From assembly GCF_965641715.1 (NCBI RefSeq), contig NZ_OZ282453.1: DNA of 64,000 nucleotides. One strand, 5' to 3'. The stretch's first letter is position 1. Every line of letters begins with the position of its first letter. Shown here piece after piece: positions 1-10,700 of the stretch. The notes below the pieces were generated by a model. That model did no database searches, was not told where the DNA came from, and saw only the letters and a list, made by a program, of their open reading frames with translations. A program made the translations under genes and the position numbers. This DNA is from Escherichia coli (GTDB lineage Bacteria > Pseudomonadota > Gammaproteobacteria > Enterobacterales > Enterobacteriaceae).

Positions 1-164
1 CGTATAACACAGCAGCAGGCGGACGCTGCAGATGATTATTCTGCGGTGACATATATTCATCCCTGAAATGTATTAATGAAATAAACGATATTTTACGCGC
101 AATAAATGTTTGGCGCATTAGTTGTTTGAGCGAAAAATATCTGGAAAGCAGATCACAGTAAATA

Positions 165-200
165 AAAAAACCTGCTGGTGAGGCAGGTTCTTTTATTTAC
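165..200. terminator. Hairpin (7-bp stem AACCTGC/GCAGGTT) flanked by an A-run on one side and a T-rich tract on the other; possible bidirectional intrinsic terminator
   Basis: Seen in sequence: aaaaaaaCCTGCtggtgagGCAGGttcttttattt. Confidence 0.4.
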
Positions 201-482
201 TACTTTGATGTTAAGTTACTGATACTGCAACATGGCATCTCAACGAGCGAATTATAACCACCTCGCGACCGTGTTGCAATTAAGATAATGAGATTTATAA
301 TCCTGACTGTTGGGAAGTTGCGCCGGATCGAACCCATTTCAAGTCCTGGCTACCGGACGGGTGGTGCCGCAGGTAGTGCTCTGATCCGGAGTGCAACATG
401 GCGACTCAACATACGTAAACCAGTATCGACAGGCAGCGTAAGGGTAAGGTGCTGGTGTTGCGCTCCTTAATAAGGAGAGCGG

Positions 483-572
483 ATGGACACGCTGACACAA
501 AAGTTAACCGTGCTCATTGCTGTACTGGAGCTATTAGTAGCTCTGTTACGGTTGATTGATTTGTTGAAGTAA
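483..572 (+). CDS. Small ORF encoding a 29-aa hydrophobic/amphipathic peptide MDTLTQKLTVLIAVLELLVALLRLIDLLK
   Basis: ATG preceded by AAGGAG at about 6 nt spacing; followed by a GGGGG/CCCCC hairpin at about 592-620; not in the ORF track (below its length cutoff). Confidence 0.4.
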   Translation: MDTLTQKLTVLIAVLELLVALLRLIDLLK

Positions 573-680
573 CGGGCAAATTGAAACGCATCTAAGGGGG
601 AAACCGCTTCCCCCTTTAATAAAGCTATACTCGTCATACTTCAAGTTGCATGTGCTGCGACTTGAATTATCTAGAGTATA

Positions 681-998
681 TTATTCTATTTCTTGGTTGA
701 ATATATTCTGTAGTTCACGATTAAAAATTGCTATTACAGTTTCAGGTGATTCACCTCGTAATTTCCGCTCATCAATACACTCATCTCTTATATAAATCAA
801 CGCATCATTTATTAGCGGGTCAGCATCTTCTCGATCACGTTGATGAAATGTTGGATGTAGCCGGAATCGCTCCAGTCGATAGACGGAACCTGTAAATAAT
901 TCAGAGCATTTATGGACCTCAAGTCTGAAGGAAAACGGATCTTCAGGTACAGGGACCTCATAATCGTAAATAGCAACCAGCTCTTTTTGCACGATCAT
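681..998 (-). CDS. yehK: Uncharacterized 105-aa protein, YehK-like
   Basis: Track ORF of 105 aa; position next to yehI and length match my recollection of K-12 YehK. Confidence 0.55.
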   Translation of the reverse strand: MIVQKELVAIYDYEVPVPEDPFSFRLEVHKCSELFTGSVYRLERFRLHPTFHQRDREDADPLINDALIYIRDECIDERKLRGESPETVIAIFNRELQNIFNQEIE

Positions 999-1058
999 CG
1001 CTTTCCCCGCTGGTAAGTCGTGTTGATAACGGGCAGTTGCATCACTGCCCGCTGTGTT

Positions 1059-4000
1059 TTAATGGAAAATGACGTCAGGTGCGCTTAACGCCTCACTCAA
1101 ATCAAACACATCAAGTTCGGCAAAAGTGACGGATTTATTGTCACGGTACACTCGAAGAGAACGGAAGCTCATTAGCGCTTTGCTATCAACATTGTAGTGG
1201 TTAAAACCGGGTGAAAACTTAAGGACCAGCCGGTACTCACCCAGGTCATAGACAAATGCGTCCTCATAGCCTGACTCCCAGCCTTTGTATCGCATTCCCA
1301 TAAGTTGCCCAACGGTAGCGGATTTACCTTCCCAGCGAGTCAGGCTGTTACTGGTTGACTCGTCAGGTGTGAGCAGCACCGTGCGGCGCGACAACTGGCG
1401 AAAAGGCGGCATAATTTCGTAATCGGCAAAAAGCTGTGCAAATTCACTGCGCATTTCTGCTGTCATTTCTAACGGGTGGGCAATGCCAATCAGAGCATCC
1501 GCAGGAAGGTCAATGGGCTCATCCTGCGCATTGCAGAACTCCCCCTCTGCGGCCACACGAAAGGCGTTGAGTAAACGACGCGGTTCATTTGCCGGATAAA
1601 CCCCCCATATTAATCGCTGGGTAACCAGGCGGGTAAAGGGATGATTAACAAACAGAGAATGAAAATCTGCCAGCGACCAGCGTCGGGTGGTACGTAGGGC
1701 AGCTTCAAGACGCGGGAGCAGGTTTTTGCTCACCTGAGTAGCATCTTTTTTTAGCCCTTTTAGTCGGGCCAGTGCCTCGGGCGCTTTCAGTTGATCGTCA
1801 TCGGCACGCAACCGGGGAACACTTTTCTGGCGAACGTTTTGTTGATCAAAGATAACCGGGTTGAGGTTTTCATCGAAGCGAACGGTAAACTGCCGGGGAC
1901 CAAAATCAAAAATCAACGCCTGCGGATCATCAAGACCCAGTGTTGGGACTAATCTGTCCGCTAACTCTTCCTGGCTTAGCCCGCGATTTTCTGCGACCAC
2001 CTGAAGAAATTCCGCTGCGTTTTCACGTAATGAAGAGGATTTCGCCCGTTGTGATACATGATGCAGCTGTATCAGCGCCATATCATTATTCATCAAGGTA
2101 AGTATATTCAGACCAATGACAGCACGGGCAGATTTGCCTTCTTGTGGCCAGGCGAGGATCTGTGTCGTCAGATCCCGAGCCGTGCTTTCGTCACCAAAGA
2201 GACTTAACGCCAGAAATGCCCAGTTGTCTTTTGCGGGGGCACCAGCTTGTTGCCACGCAGTGAAGAGATCCCAGGCAAAAGCGGCCAGCGTTTGTGGCTG
2301 GCAAAACGTTTTCAGTTGTTCCAGACCGCTATAAAAACGTCCGCCCTGGGTAAAGCGCAGCATTTCGCCGATAATTTCCAGAGCGTCATCGGTAACAGGC
2401 TGATTATTAGTGATAAGTCGCGGCCTGGACCACATTGCCGGATGCCAGAAATCAGGGGCTTTTGGAATGCGTGCCGGGTAAATGTCCATTGGACCCTGTT
2501 TCAGTAAATGCTCCAGGGCAGGCCATACATCTGTACGCTGCCAGCGGTTTGCCACGGTTTGCAGCAATTCACCATGTCCCTGTTCGTAAAGTAAACGCAG
2601 GGCAAGTAATGCAGCTTCGCTATTATCGCTGGATTTGGTGAAGACAAGAGGGATAAGTGCAGTAGCCGTATGTTCCGGCCAATGTAAAATCCACTGGCGA
2701 GCCAGATCACGCTGCACCGCGAAACGTCGCCAGACGCGGGCAACGGGCAGGGCCAGTTCTGTTGCGCCAAAATTTAAAATTAACGGAAATGTTTCTTTTG
2801 GACGATGTAAAAAAGCCAACATCAGACCTGGTAGCGCATCCAACCCGAGGATACTGAGAAAATAGTCCTCACCCGCGAACAGATGTTTTTTCTCATTGAT
2901 ACGCAGCCAGAAGGTCAAAGCCATCTCACGCGGCAACTGTGCCAATAAATACAGGTTCCAGACACTCTTTTCCGGACGATAACGTGAGTAGTTGTCATTT
3001 TCCCATATGTTAATTAACGCTTCTATGTGACCGCTGCGGAGCGCCTGTTCTGCTAATTGTGCTTCCGGGGAGTTCCAGCCATTCAGGATCTCTTCAACCC
3101 GCCCCTGGTAGTAATGCCACTGAACAATGAGTGAATTGCGTGCAGCATCCAGTTTTCCGGGGAGTATATAATTCAGAAACAGCCATACATCATCCCCAAA
3201 ACCCAGTTCCTGTAATACAACTCGCCCACTTTTTTGTTCCATGCGTTCCGCAAGAGATTCCGTGCTGAAATAACGGGCAGACTCAGTGGAGGCAAGCCAC
3301 TCTTGTTCGCCTGGTTGCCAGTAAACTTGCGGGGTTAATTCGAGCGGTGCCAAATCAAGACGTGGAGCTGTCATTTTTTTCTTACTACGCCACGGTGGTG
3401 AAACGAGGATTTCAGGCAGATTGCTGTTATCGGTGCCATCAATAACCGGTTTGGGCGGTGCCAATAAATAACTATTCAGTACTGCCCGGGCTTGAGTACT
3501 TAACCACTGCATCACCTCTTCTGCCAGTTGTGGCTGCGATGCCATCAGCGTTTGTAACAGCGTACGCCAGTATTCATCGCGTGCTTTTTGCTGGGCAGGC
3601 AGCTTTTTGTCTTCGATGATTGGATAACCAGGGCGGGCTGGTGGTTCTTTTAACGCCAGCAGTTCTGCCAGTGCCGCGAGCGTCGCGTGGGGGAAGTTTT
3701 TACTGTATTTAGCCACACGTTGCAGGCTGGGTTTGTTTTTATCAGCCACCAGTAGCAAGGTGTGGATGACCTGCGGATGGTTAATTTGTACCAACAGACT
3801 GCCGCAATCTTCTTTATGGGCATACATCGCGAGGCGCGGAATGGCTGCCAGTCCTTGTTCGCGCAAAAGGGCGGCGCAGGCCGCGTAGCCGAAGTGGTTT
3901 TTTTGTGACATGTAGCTGGCTTCGCGATCGCTAAATACGTCCAGGCCCCAGTATCGTTCGAGTTTTTTTACCGCCGTATTATCAGTAGCAACGACCTTTA

Positions 4001-4691
4001 ACCACTCCTTTGAATGGAGACTTGACCGGGAGCTTTCAAGACTGGCGAGTTCATTGGCTATTTCAGGCTTTTCCGGGAGGATCAGCGCAATAAAAGGACG
4101 GCGAATTTTGGGTATTCCTGGCAGTGCGGCAATGAGTTTATCGGCACAACGCTGCCAGCAACTTTCCTCTGCCAGCGACAGATGCTTACGCAAACGGAGA
4201 TCGAAATCGTTATAGGTCGCGGAGCCATAACCGTAGCCATAGTCCTCGTCCTGATACTGCAATGTCACTACCAGAGGATCACTCTCATAACACCGCGCAA
4301 TAAACTGGCGTGCAATCACCACCTCAGTCGCATATTCCAGCCCCTCTTGTTGGACGATTTCGTCGAGCAACTGTTGGCTGTCATTTTGCGCGATACAGGC
4401 TAGCGCCGCCATTGTCCGGGCCGGGATTGAGGGTTTGTGTTCGCCGATCAAGTTGATGGCCTGCGTGATGGCGGACTGCCACTCCAGTGAAAAATTTTCA
4501 TAACGCCAGACAATGTTTTTTTTCTTCTCAGCTTTTTTTAGCAATTCATCACCCAGTGTCTGGATGAGGCTTTCAGTGATAACAGGCGCTGGTTCGCCCG
4601 GCCAATTGCGATGGCTGAGTGGTGTTTTACCCTTTTTATATTTCAGTTCCAGTTGGGCGTTATCAGCCAGCCACGGTAATTCCTTGTCCAT
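1059..4691 (-). CDS. yehI: Large uncharacterized protein (1210 aa), YehI-like, DUF4132-type C-terminal region
   Basis: Track ORF 1210 aa; paralogous to the two downstream giant ORFs (shared motifs WPGEP, RKHLSLAEE, LDFGPRQFTV, YEIMPPFRQL); lacks the N-terminal WGR-like domain. Confidence 0.7.
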   Translation of the reverse strand: MDKELPWLADNAQLELKYKKGKTPLSHRNWPGEPAPVITESLIQTLGDELLKKAEKKKNIVWRYENFSLEWQSAITQAINLIGEHKPSIPARTMAALACIAQNDSQQLLDEIVQQEGLEYATEVVIARQFIARCYESDPLVVTLQYQDEDYGYGYGSATYNDFDLRLRKHLSLAEESCWQRCADKLIAALPGIPKIRRPFIALILPEKPEIANELASLESSRSSLHSKEWLKVVATDNTAVKKLERYWGLDVFSDREASYMSQKNHFGYAACAALLREQGLAAIPRLAMYAHKEDCGSLLVQINHPQVIHTLLLVADKNKPSLQRVAKYSKNFPHATLAALAELLALKEPPARPGYPIIEDKKLPAQQKARDEYWRTLLQTLMASQPQLAEEVMQWLSTQARAVLNSYLLAPPKPVIDGTDNSNLPEILVSPPWRSKKKMTAPRLDLAPLELTPQVYWQPGEQEWLASTESARYFSTESLAERMEQKSGRVVLQELGFGDDVWLFLNYILPGKLDAARNSLIVQWHYYQGRVEEILNGWNSPEAQLAEQALRSGHIEALINIWENDNYSRYRPEKSVWNLYLLAQLPREMALTFWLRINEKKHLFAGEDYFLSILGLDALPGLMLAFLHRPKETFPLILNFGATELALPVARVWRRFAVQRDLARQWILHWPEHTATALIPLVFTKSSDNSEAALLALRLLYEQGHGELLQTVANRWQRTDVWPALEHLLKQGPMDIYPARIPKAPDFWHPAMWSRPRLITNNQPVTDDALEIIGEMLRFTQGGRFYSGLEQLKTFCQPQTLAAFAWDLFTAWQQAGAPAKDNWAFLALSLFGDESTARDLTTQILAWPQEGKSARAVIGLNILTLMNNDMALIQLHHVSQRAKSSSLRENAAEFLQVVAENRGLSQEELADRLVPTLGLDDPQALIFDFGPRQFTVRFDENLNPVIFDQQNVRQKSVPRLRADDDQLKAPEALARLKGLKKDATQVSKNLLPRLEAALRTTRRWSLADFHSLFVNHPFTRLVTQRLIWGVYPANEPRRLLNAFRVAAEGEFCNAQDEPIDLPADALIGIAHPLEMTAEMRSEFAQLFADYEIMPPFRQLSRRTVLLTPDESTSNSLTRWEGKSATVGQLMGMRYKGWESGYEDAFVYDLGEYRLVLKFSPGFNHYNVDSKALMSFRSLRVYRDNKSVTFAELDVFDLSEALSAPDVIFH

Positions 4692-4700
4692 GCTCTTTCC

Positions 4701-7700
4701 TTATTCAAACAGGGCTTCAATATCGTTAATTAGCTCGCTGGCGGTGATGGCATCGAGTACGGAGAGCTGCGCTTCCTGTATTGAATTACTCCCCCAGCCA
4801 TAGCTTTCCGCTTTGCCTTCCCATAGCCACAGCTTGCTTAAGAGTTGCTCGGCACTCAGTTCGGCTGGCGACATGCCTACCGCAAAGCCTTCATCGATTT
4901 CCATGATTAACGACCAGCGGCCCAGAGGTTTGATCATCCAGCCGATCCAGCCTCCATCCTGTGGTTCGCCCTTTATCCAGCCTTTATTCGCCAGCCCCAT
5001 TACCCGACCGCTCGGGCATTTTCTGCCTGCCCAGCGGGTCAGTTCGCTGGCATTGCGCTCGGTTTCTGTCAGGGCGTAACTGTTACGGTCGAGCTGGCGG
5101 AACGGCGGTAGCAGTTCGTAGTCGGCAAAAAGCTGCCCAAATGCGGCGGCATCCGTCGGTGATATTTCCAGAACGTGAGGAATACCAACAGAGATATCGC
5201 CTTCCGGCAGGGTGAAAAGATCATCGTCAGCGGTGCTGTAGCTGTTATCTTCCGCTACGCGGAAGCACGTCAGTAGCTGGTTTTCGGTGCTATAAACGCC
5301 CCAAATCAGACGGCGGGTTAAGTGGTGTACCAGTGGATGTTCAACCAGGAAGAGCTGAAAGTTTTCTGGCGACCAGCGGCGACGCAGGCACATGGCGGAT
5401 TCCAACCTTGCTACCTGCTGGGCGGCGACGGTACGCGCATCTTTTTTCAGCAGTTTGTAGCGGTTAACAGCATCGTTCGCCTGTGATTCATCATCGCTTT
5501 TGTTTGGTTTGGGCAGGTCTTTCAGACGGCTGCCGGAAGCGTCACGCACAAACGGTTTTAAGGTTTCATCAAAGCTGACGGTGAACTGGCGTGGGCCGAA
5601 ATCCAGCAGCAACGAACCGTTATCATCCAGACTGAGATCCGGTGCTAACCGATCTTCAAGCTCCGCCACTGTCAGTTCGCGACTTTCAGCAATGTCGGCA
5701 ATTTTCTCTTTCGCCCGCTCCTGTAAAGCTTTGAATTTCAGTTTCTGAGCAATGCCGTTAAGCTGCATCAGAGCGATATCACTACCGATAGCGGCGAGAA
5801 TATCCAACCCAACGGTGGCGCGTTTATGCTGAGATTCGCCAGGCCAGGCGCGTATTAATGGCGTCAGTTTGCGAGCGGTGTCGTCGTTACCGAGAACACA
5901 TAACGCAGTGAACGCCCAGCTTTCTTTCGATGGTGCACCCGTAGTCAGCCAGGCGGTAAACAGATCCCAGGCAAATTCAGCCAGTGAGTCGGCGGTACAG
6001 GCATCTTTCACCTGCAATAATCCCGGATACAGCGCCTCTTCCTGAGGGAAGCGGAGCATTTCACCGAGGTGGAGGAGGGCGTTATCTGGCAGTACCTTGC
6101 TGCTATTTTTGAGTTTTGGGCGAGTCCATAATGGAGGTTGATAAAACAACGGTAAAGGGGGGATTTTCGCCGGGTATTTACCCACAGGACTGTTGTCGTT
6201 ATTTTTATTTTGAGTTTCCCAGGGCGGCGAGACTAGTACCATTGGTAGAATTTCTGAGTTTGCAAAATCTTCATTGCGACTATTCAGCAATTGCTGACAT
6301 TGTTGCAATAAATTTGCCGCTTGCGACGATAATCCGATGACTAATTTTTCGACCAATAAAGGATTTGCATTAAGTAATGAAACCAGCAACGTATGTTTGC
6401 GTTTATCATCTTTTTTTACCAATTCTTCGGCTAATGCCGCTATCGTGGCAGAAGGAAAATTTTCGGCACTTTTTATTAGTCGTTCATAACAGCGTTTATT
6501 AGTATCGGCGGCTTCGATGAGTGCCGTAATGGCCAACGGATGATTAATACATTTCAGTACGTCACCGCAATTATCTTCTTCAGCATAGGAAGCCAGGCGA
6601 GCCAGTGCCGCTATACCTTGTTCCCGTAATACCGTAGCTGACCAACTGGCACCATAGGTGTTAAATACATCAATGTATTGATAGTTCTCCAGTATTTCGA
6701 GCGTGAATGGATCTGTCGCTACCAGTTTCAACATTTCAAGTTGTGGAACATCTGCGACCTGGTGTAAACGATGTACGATCTCATGGGCCACTTCGGGTAT
6801 TTCTGGCATTAAAATGGCAATTAACGGTTGGCGATAGAGTGATATATCTGGTAACGCAACGAGTAATTTTGCAATGCAATTTTGCCATACTTCTTCTTCT
6901 GCTAGTGATAAATGTTTACGCAGACGTAAACTAAATTTGTCGTTATTCCTTCTATAACTGTCCTTGCTGCTATCTGCATAATTAATAAAGAAAGTCAAAT
7001 GTTCATCTTTATAGTCAAAATCGAAATCAATTTGCCACCAGAAGATGACAGTTTCAGTTGCGTATTCGATACCGAAGGTGCTTACAATTTCATCCAGCAA
7101 CTCGGATGAGGTTTCATCATTCCAGCCCTGACAAAAACATATTTCCAGAAAAGTAAGTACCGCCATAGTACGCGCGGGTATCTCAGTCTTTTGGGCCTTA
7201 ATTAAGCTGATTGCCTGGCTAATCGCATCAGCCCATTCATCAGAGCATGAGCTGTAATCGAAAGTCAGATTTTTATAATAATGATAAGTACGATTTGCCA
7301 ATCGGGAAATTAAATTTTGTTTTTCGGGTTTGGTTGGTTTTTTAACTGGCTCTCCCGGCCAAAGGCGGTGGCTGAGGGCATGGCGGGCAATATTCGGGGG
7401 AAGAATAATGGGATCGTTGTCTGCCAGCCAGGGTAAACCATTAGTTGCTGCCTGGCGATTTATTGAGGCTTTTTCCTCTGTGACCAGGACTTTCTTTGCT
7501 GAGGCATCATGTGAGTGAGCGTTAGCGTCTACTTGCTCCACATACCCCTTCTTCACCTTCTCCGCAATCAGCTTCAGTTCCACTTTTTCCGCCGCCGCAG
7601 CATCTGCAAAGCTTTTTACCTGACTTTGCCCGTTAGTGCCGACTTTACCCCAGGTTATATGCAGCTCGTTTCCCTGCTGCTCCACCGCCCAGAATTTATG

Positions 7701-7733
7701 TGATTTTTCGTCCTGATAAATATAGGTTTTCAT
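4701..7733 (-). CDS. Large paralog (1010 aa) with N-terminal WGR-like domain and DUF4132-like C-terminal region
   Basis: Track ORF; N-terminus MKTYIYQDEKSHKFWAVEQQGNELHITWGKVGTNGQ is WGR-like; C-terminal half aligns by eye with its neighbours. Confidence 0.65.
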   Translation of the reverse strand: MKTYIYQDEKSHKFWAVEQQGNELHITWGKVGTNGQSQVKSFADAAAAEKVELKLIAEKVKKGYVEQVDANAHSHDASAKKVLVTEEKASINRQAATNGLPWLADNDPIILPPNIARHALSHRLWPGEPVKKPTKPEKQNLISRLANRTYHYYKNLTFDYSSCSDEWADAISQAISLIKAQKTEIPARTMAVLTFLEICFCQGWNDETSSELLDEIVSTFGIEYATETVIFWWQIDFDFDYKDEHLTFFINYADSSKDSYRRNNDKFSLRLRKHLSLAEEEVWQNCIAKLLVALPDISLYRQPLIAILMPEIPEVAHEIVHRLHQVADVPQLEMLKLVATDPFTLEILENYQYIDVFNTYGASWSATVLREQGIAALARLASYAEEDNCGDVLKCINHPLAITALIEAADTNKRCYERLIKSAENFPSATIAALAEELVKKDDKRKHTLLVSLLNANPLLVEKLVIGLSSQAANLLQQCQQLLNSRNEDFANSEILPMVLVSPPWETQNKNNDNSPVGKYPAKIPPLPLFYQPPLWTRPKLKNSSKVLPDNALLHLGEMLRFPQEEALYPGLLQVKDACTADSLAEFAWDLFTAWLTTGAPSKESWAFTALCVLGNDDTARKLTPLIRAWPGESQHKRATVGLDILAAIGSDIALMQLNGIAQKLKFKALQERAKEKIADIAESRELTVAELEDRLAPDLSLDDNGSLLLDFGPRQFTVSFDETLKPFVRDASGSRLKDLPKPNKSDDESQANDAVNRYKLLKKDARTVAAQQVARLESAMCLRRRWSPENFQLFLVEHPLVHHLTRRLIWGVYSTENQLLTCFRVAEDNSYSTADDDLFTLPEGDISVGIPHVLEISPTDAAAFGQLFADYELLPPFRQLDRNSYALTETERNASELTRWAGRKCPSGRVMGLANKGWIKGEPQDGGWIGWMIKPLGRWSLIMEIDEGFAVGMSPAELSAEQLLSKLWLWEGKAESYGWGSNSIQEAQLSVLDAITASELINDIEALFE

Positions 7734-7745
7734 TGTTAAATCCTT

Positions 7746-10700
7746 TTAATCAAACAGTGATTCAATGTCGTTAATCAGCTCGCTGGCGGTGATGTCGTCG
7801 AGCATGGAGAAAGTGGGTGAGGATTGTTTACCATAGCGATCATAAGGGGCGGTGATTTTTACGCTTTCGACAGGCAGCAGGTCGCTATACCCCGTTTCGC
7901 CATAAATTAATGAAAAAGGTTCCGTTTCAAGTTCGAGAGCACCATAAGGGGTAGATTTGCGCATCGCATAAACGCTGCCGCTTTCTTCCAGACGTTGCCA
8001 GCCTCGGCGTTCCAGCCCGACAATGCGTCCGGCCTGGCAGAGACGTCCGTTCCAGCGTGACAATTCATGGACATTACGTTCGTTATCAGCAAGGTGGTAA
8101 CTACCACGTTCGAGCTGTTGGAAAGGGGGAAGCAGTTCGTAATCAACGTAAATTTGCCTGAATGCAGCGGCGGATTCAGGGGGGATTTCCAGCACATGCG
8201 GTATACCGATGTTTCCTGCTGGCAGCGTGAATAACTCATCCTGCGCATCGCTGTAAGTGCTGTCTTCTGCCACGCGAAAACAGGTGATAAGAGCGTTTTC
8301 ATCGTTATAAACCCCCCATAACAGCCGTCGGGTTAAGTGACGTACCAGCGGATGCTCCACCAGAAACAGGCGGAACTGCTCTGCCGTCCAGCGTCTGCGC
8401 TGGCACATAGCCTGTTCCAGACGGGTAATATGCTGGCTGGCGATAGCACGAACATCTTTTTTCAACTGTTTGAAGAGATTAACTGCGTCAGTTGCCAGTG
8501 TTTTATCATCGCTCTGGTTTGGCTTAGGTAAATCTTTCAGGACTTTGCCGTTTGCATCGCACACTACAGGTTTTAAGGTTTCGTCAAAACCAACGGTGAA
8601 TTTGCGGGGGCCGAAATCCAGTATCAGCGAGCCACTGCTATCAAGCCCTAAATCTGGAGCCAGGCGGTCTTCCATTTCAGCCATAGTCAGCCCACGGTTT
8701 TCAGCAACTATGTTGATTTTCTCGCGGGCATGTTCCTGTAATGCTTTGAATTTAATTTTTCGCGCGATGCCATTAAGCAGCATTAGCGCAACATCGCTGC
8801 CAATATCAGCTAATACATCCAGCCCGGACACCGCCCGTTTATGCTGGGATTCCCCAGGCCAGGCGCGGATAAGCGGGGTTAATTTACGCGCGGTGTCGTC
8901 ATTGCCTAAAATCCCAAGCGAAGTAAATGCCCAGTTTTCTTTTGCGGGTGCGCCAGCTTCTGTCCAGGCGGTATACAGATCCCAGCCAAATTCAGCCAGT
9001 GATTCGCGGGTGAAGATTTCTCTAATGATATCCAGCCCAGCGTAGGCGGTAATGTCGCGAGGAAAGCTCAGCATAGTGCCGAGGTGGCGCATAGCGTCAT
9101 CTGACAGAGGCAGGTTGTTACTTTTAAGCCGTGGTCTGCGCCATAAGGTGAACTGATAAAAGCCGGGCAGTGGGGCGATTTTAGCGGGATATTCTTCCAG
9201 CGGCTCGCTATCAAATAATGTTGCCAGCGCAGCTAAAACATCAGGTTGGTTATACCCCTGGGCGATTTCTTCAATCGTTTCTCGCTGGTTTAAATTCACC
9301 AGCAGACGAAGCGCCTGGCGGGCACAATCACGATCTTTTCCTTTTTTGCCCAAGGCCACAGGAAGTAGCCCGGCGGCAGCATGGCGTGGGAAGTTAGCCA
9401 GCCATTTTCGAGCATCTTCAGCAGACATTTTTTTCTGTAATCGCTGCGCCATCGGTAATGCTAATTCGCTGACGCCCAGGAAGAGGGTGAATATCCATAA
9501 CTGTTGTGGCTTACGTTGCAGACATTTCATAAACGCAGGAATGGCCGCATCACCAAAAATCGCCAGAATTTCTCTCTCGCCGGAGAATTGCTCTTCATTA
9601 ATTATTTGATTGAGAAAAGAAATAGCATGCTGAGTGGGTAGGAAGCAGAGCGCGTACAACTGCCAGTGTCTGCTTCCTTTGTTATGGTATTGCGCAAACT
9701 CGGCTTTCAGCGCGGGGAAATCGAAACGTAACAGGGCATCAACTGCGCTTTGTGGCATTATTTTTTTTTCGTATTGTTCTTCTCCGGTTCTGCGCCATTC
9801 CTTAAACCCCAGTCGCCAAAGGATTTGCTGTTCTGGCGTTAAAGGGATGAAAGACGTTTCCCAGCGTTCTTTTTTTATCGGTGGCAGGTCGGTAAATAAG
9901 GTTTGCTGTGATGCCTGATATTGCGCGATTTCACTGAATCTGGATATGTCAGTATGACTGATTAACTCTGTAATTCCTGGTGTGATATCCGTGACGGCAG
10001 GAATGGGAAGTACCGGTAAATCAAATACGGGTATGACATTCTTTTTCTTATTTATTACCCACGGTGGAGCGACAAGCAGCTCCGGCAACATATCCACAGT
10101 GGCATATTCACATTCTTCAGCTACTGGCAGCGGACGACATTCAGATAAGATGCCTGCCGCCTTAGCATTAACCCAGGGAATGACCTCGCATACTAACTCT
10201 GGCGTGGCGGTAATCAGTTTGACAAGCGCTTTACGCCACTCATTATTTTCATGTATTGCCAGCAAAGTAGCATAAGCGGCAATAGCCGCAGCGGGATGTT
10301 TTTGGCAGGCTTTGCTTAAGTATTCCAGGTGCTTTTTCTTGCCATTTACACCGAGGATCAGAATTTGAATCGCATCCGGGTGATTCGTTTTCCATAGCCA
10401 TTTGACAAGATCTTCAGTCTCGCTGATACGCTCGAAGAGATAAGTGGGATTGTCAGAATGCTCTTCCGTAAACTCAAGAAGTATCCGGCTTACACCGCGC
10501 ACCCCATTATTTGCCAGCAACATTGCCAGATAAGCGCGAAAATCATGATACAACGGTGGGAAGTCGTATTTTTCTGCTGTAGTCAGAGCGGCGTCATCGG
10601 TTACCACCAGTCTTAACCAGGTCATCGCCGGAACGTTTTGATCTGCATAACGTAGCGCCATAGCATTGGCAATATCCGGGCGTTCAGGGAGCAGTAACGC

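Noticed and set aside
1-66. Open + strand frame from the window edge ending at a stop at 64-66 (..RITQQQADAADDYSAVTYIHP*)
   Set aside because: Too short and truncated to identify; cannot be distinguished from a chance open frame without upstream sequence.
288-470. 60-aa ORF upstream of the small peptide ORF
   Set aside because: No convincing ribosome-binding site and an Arg/Gly/Cys-rich low-complexity translation; more likely untranslated leader of the 29-aa ORF than a gene.
8470-9045. 191-aa ORF on the + strand
   Set aside because: Antisense shadow within the molR-like gene; Ser-rich low-complexity translation.
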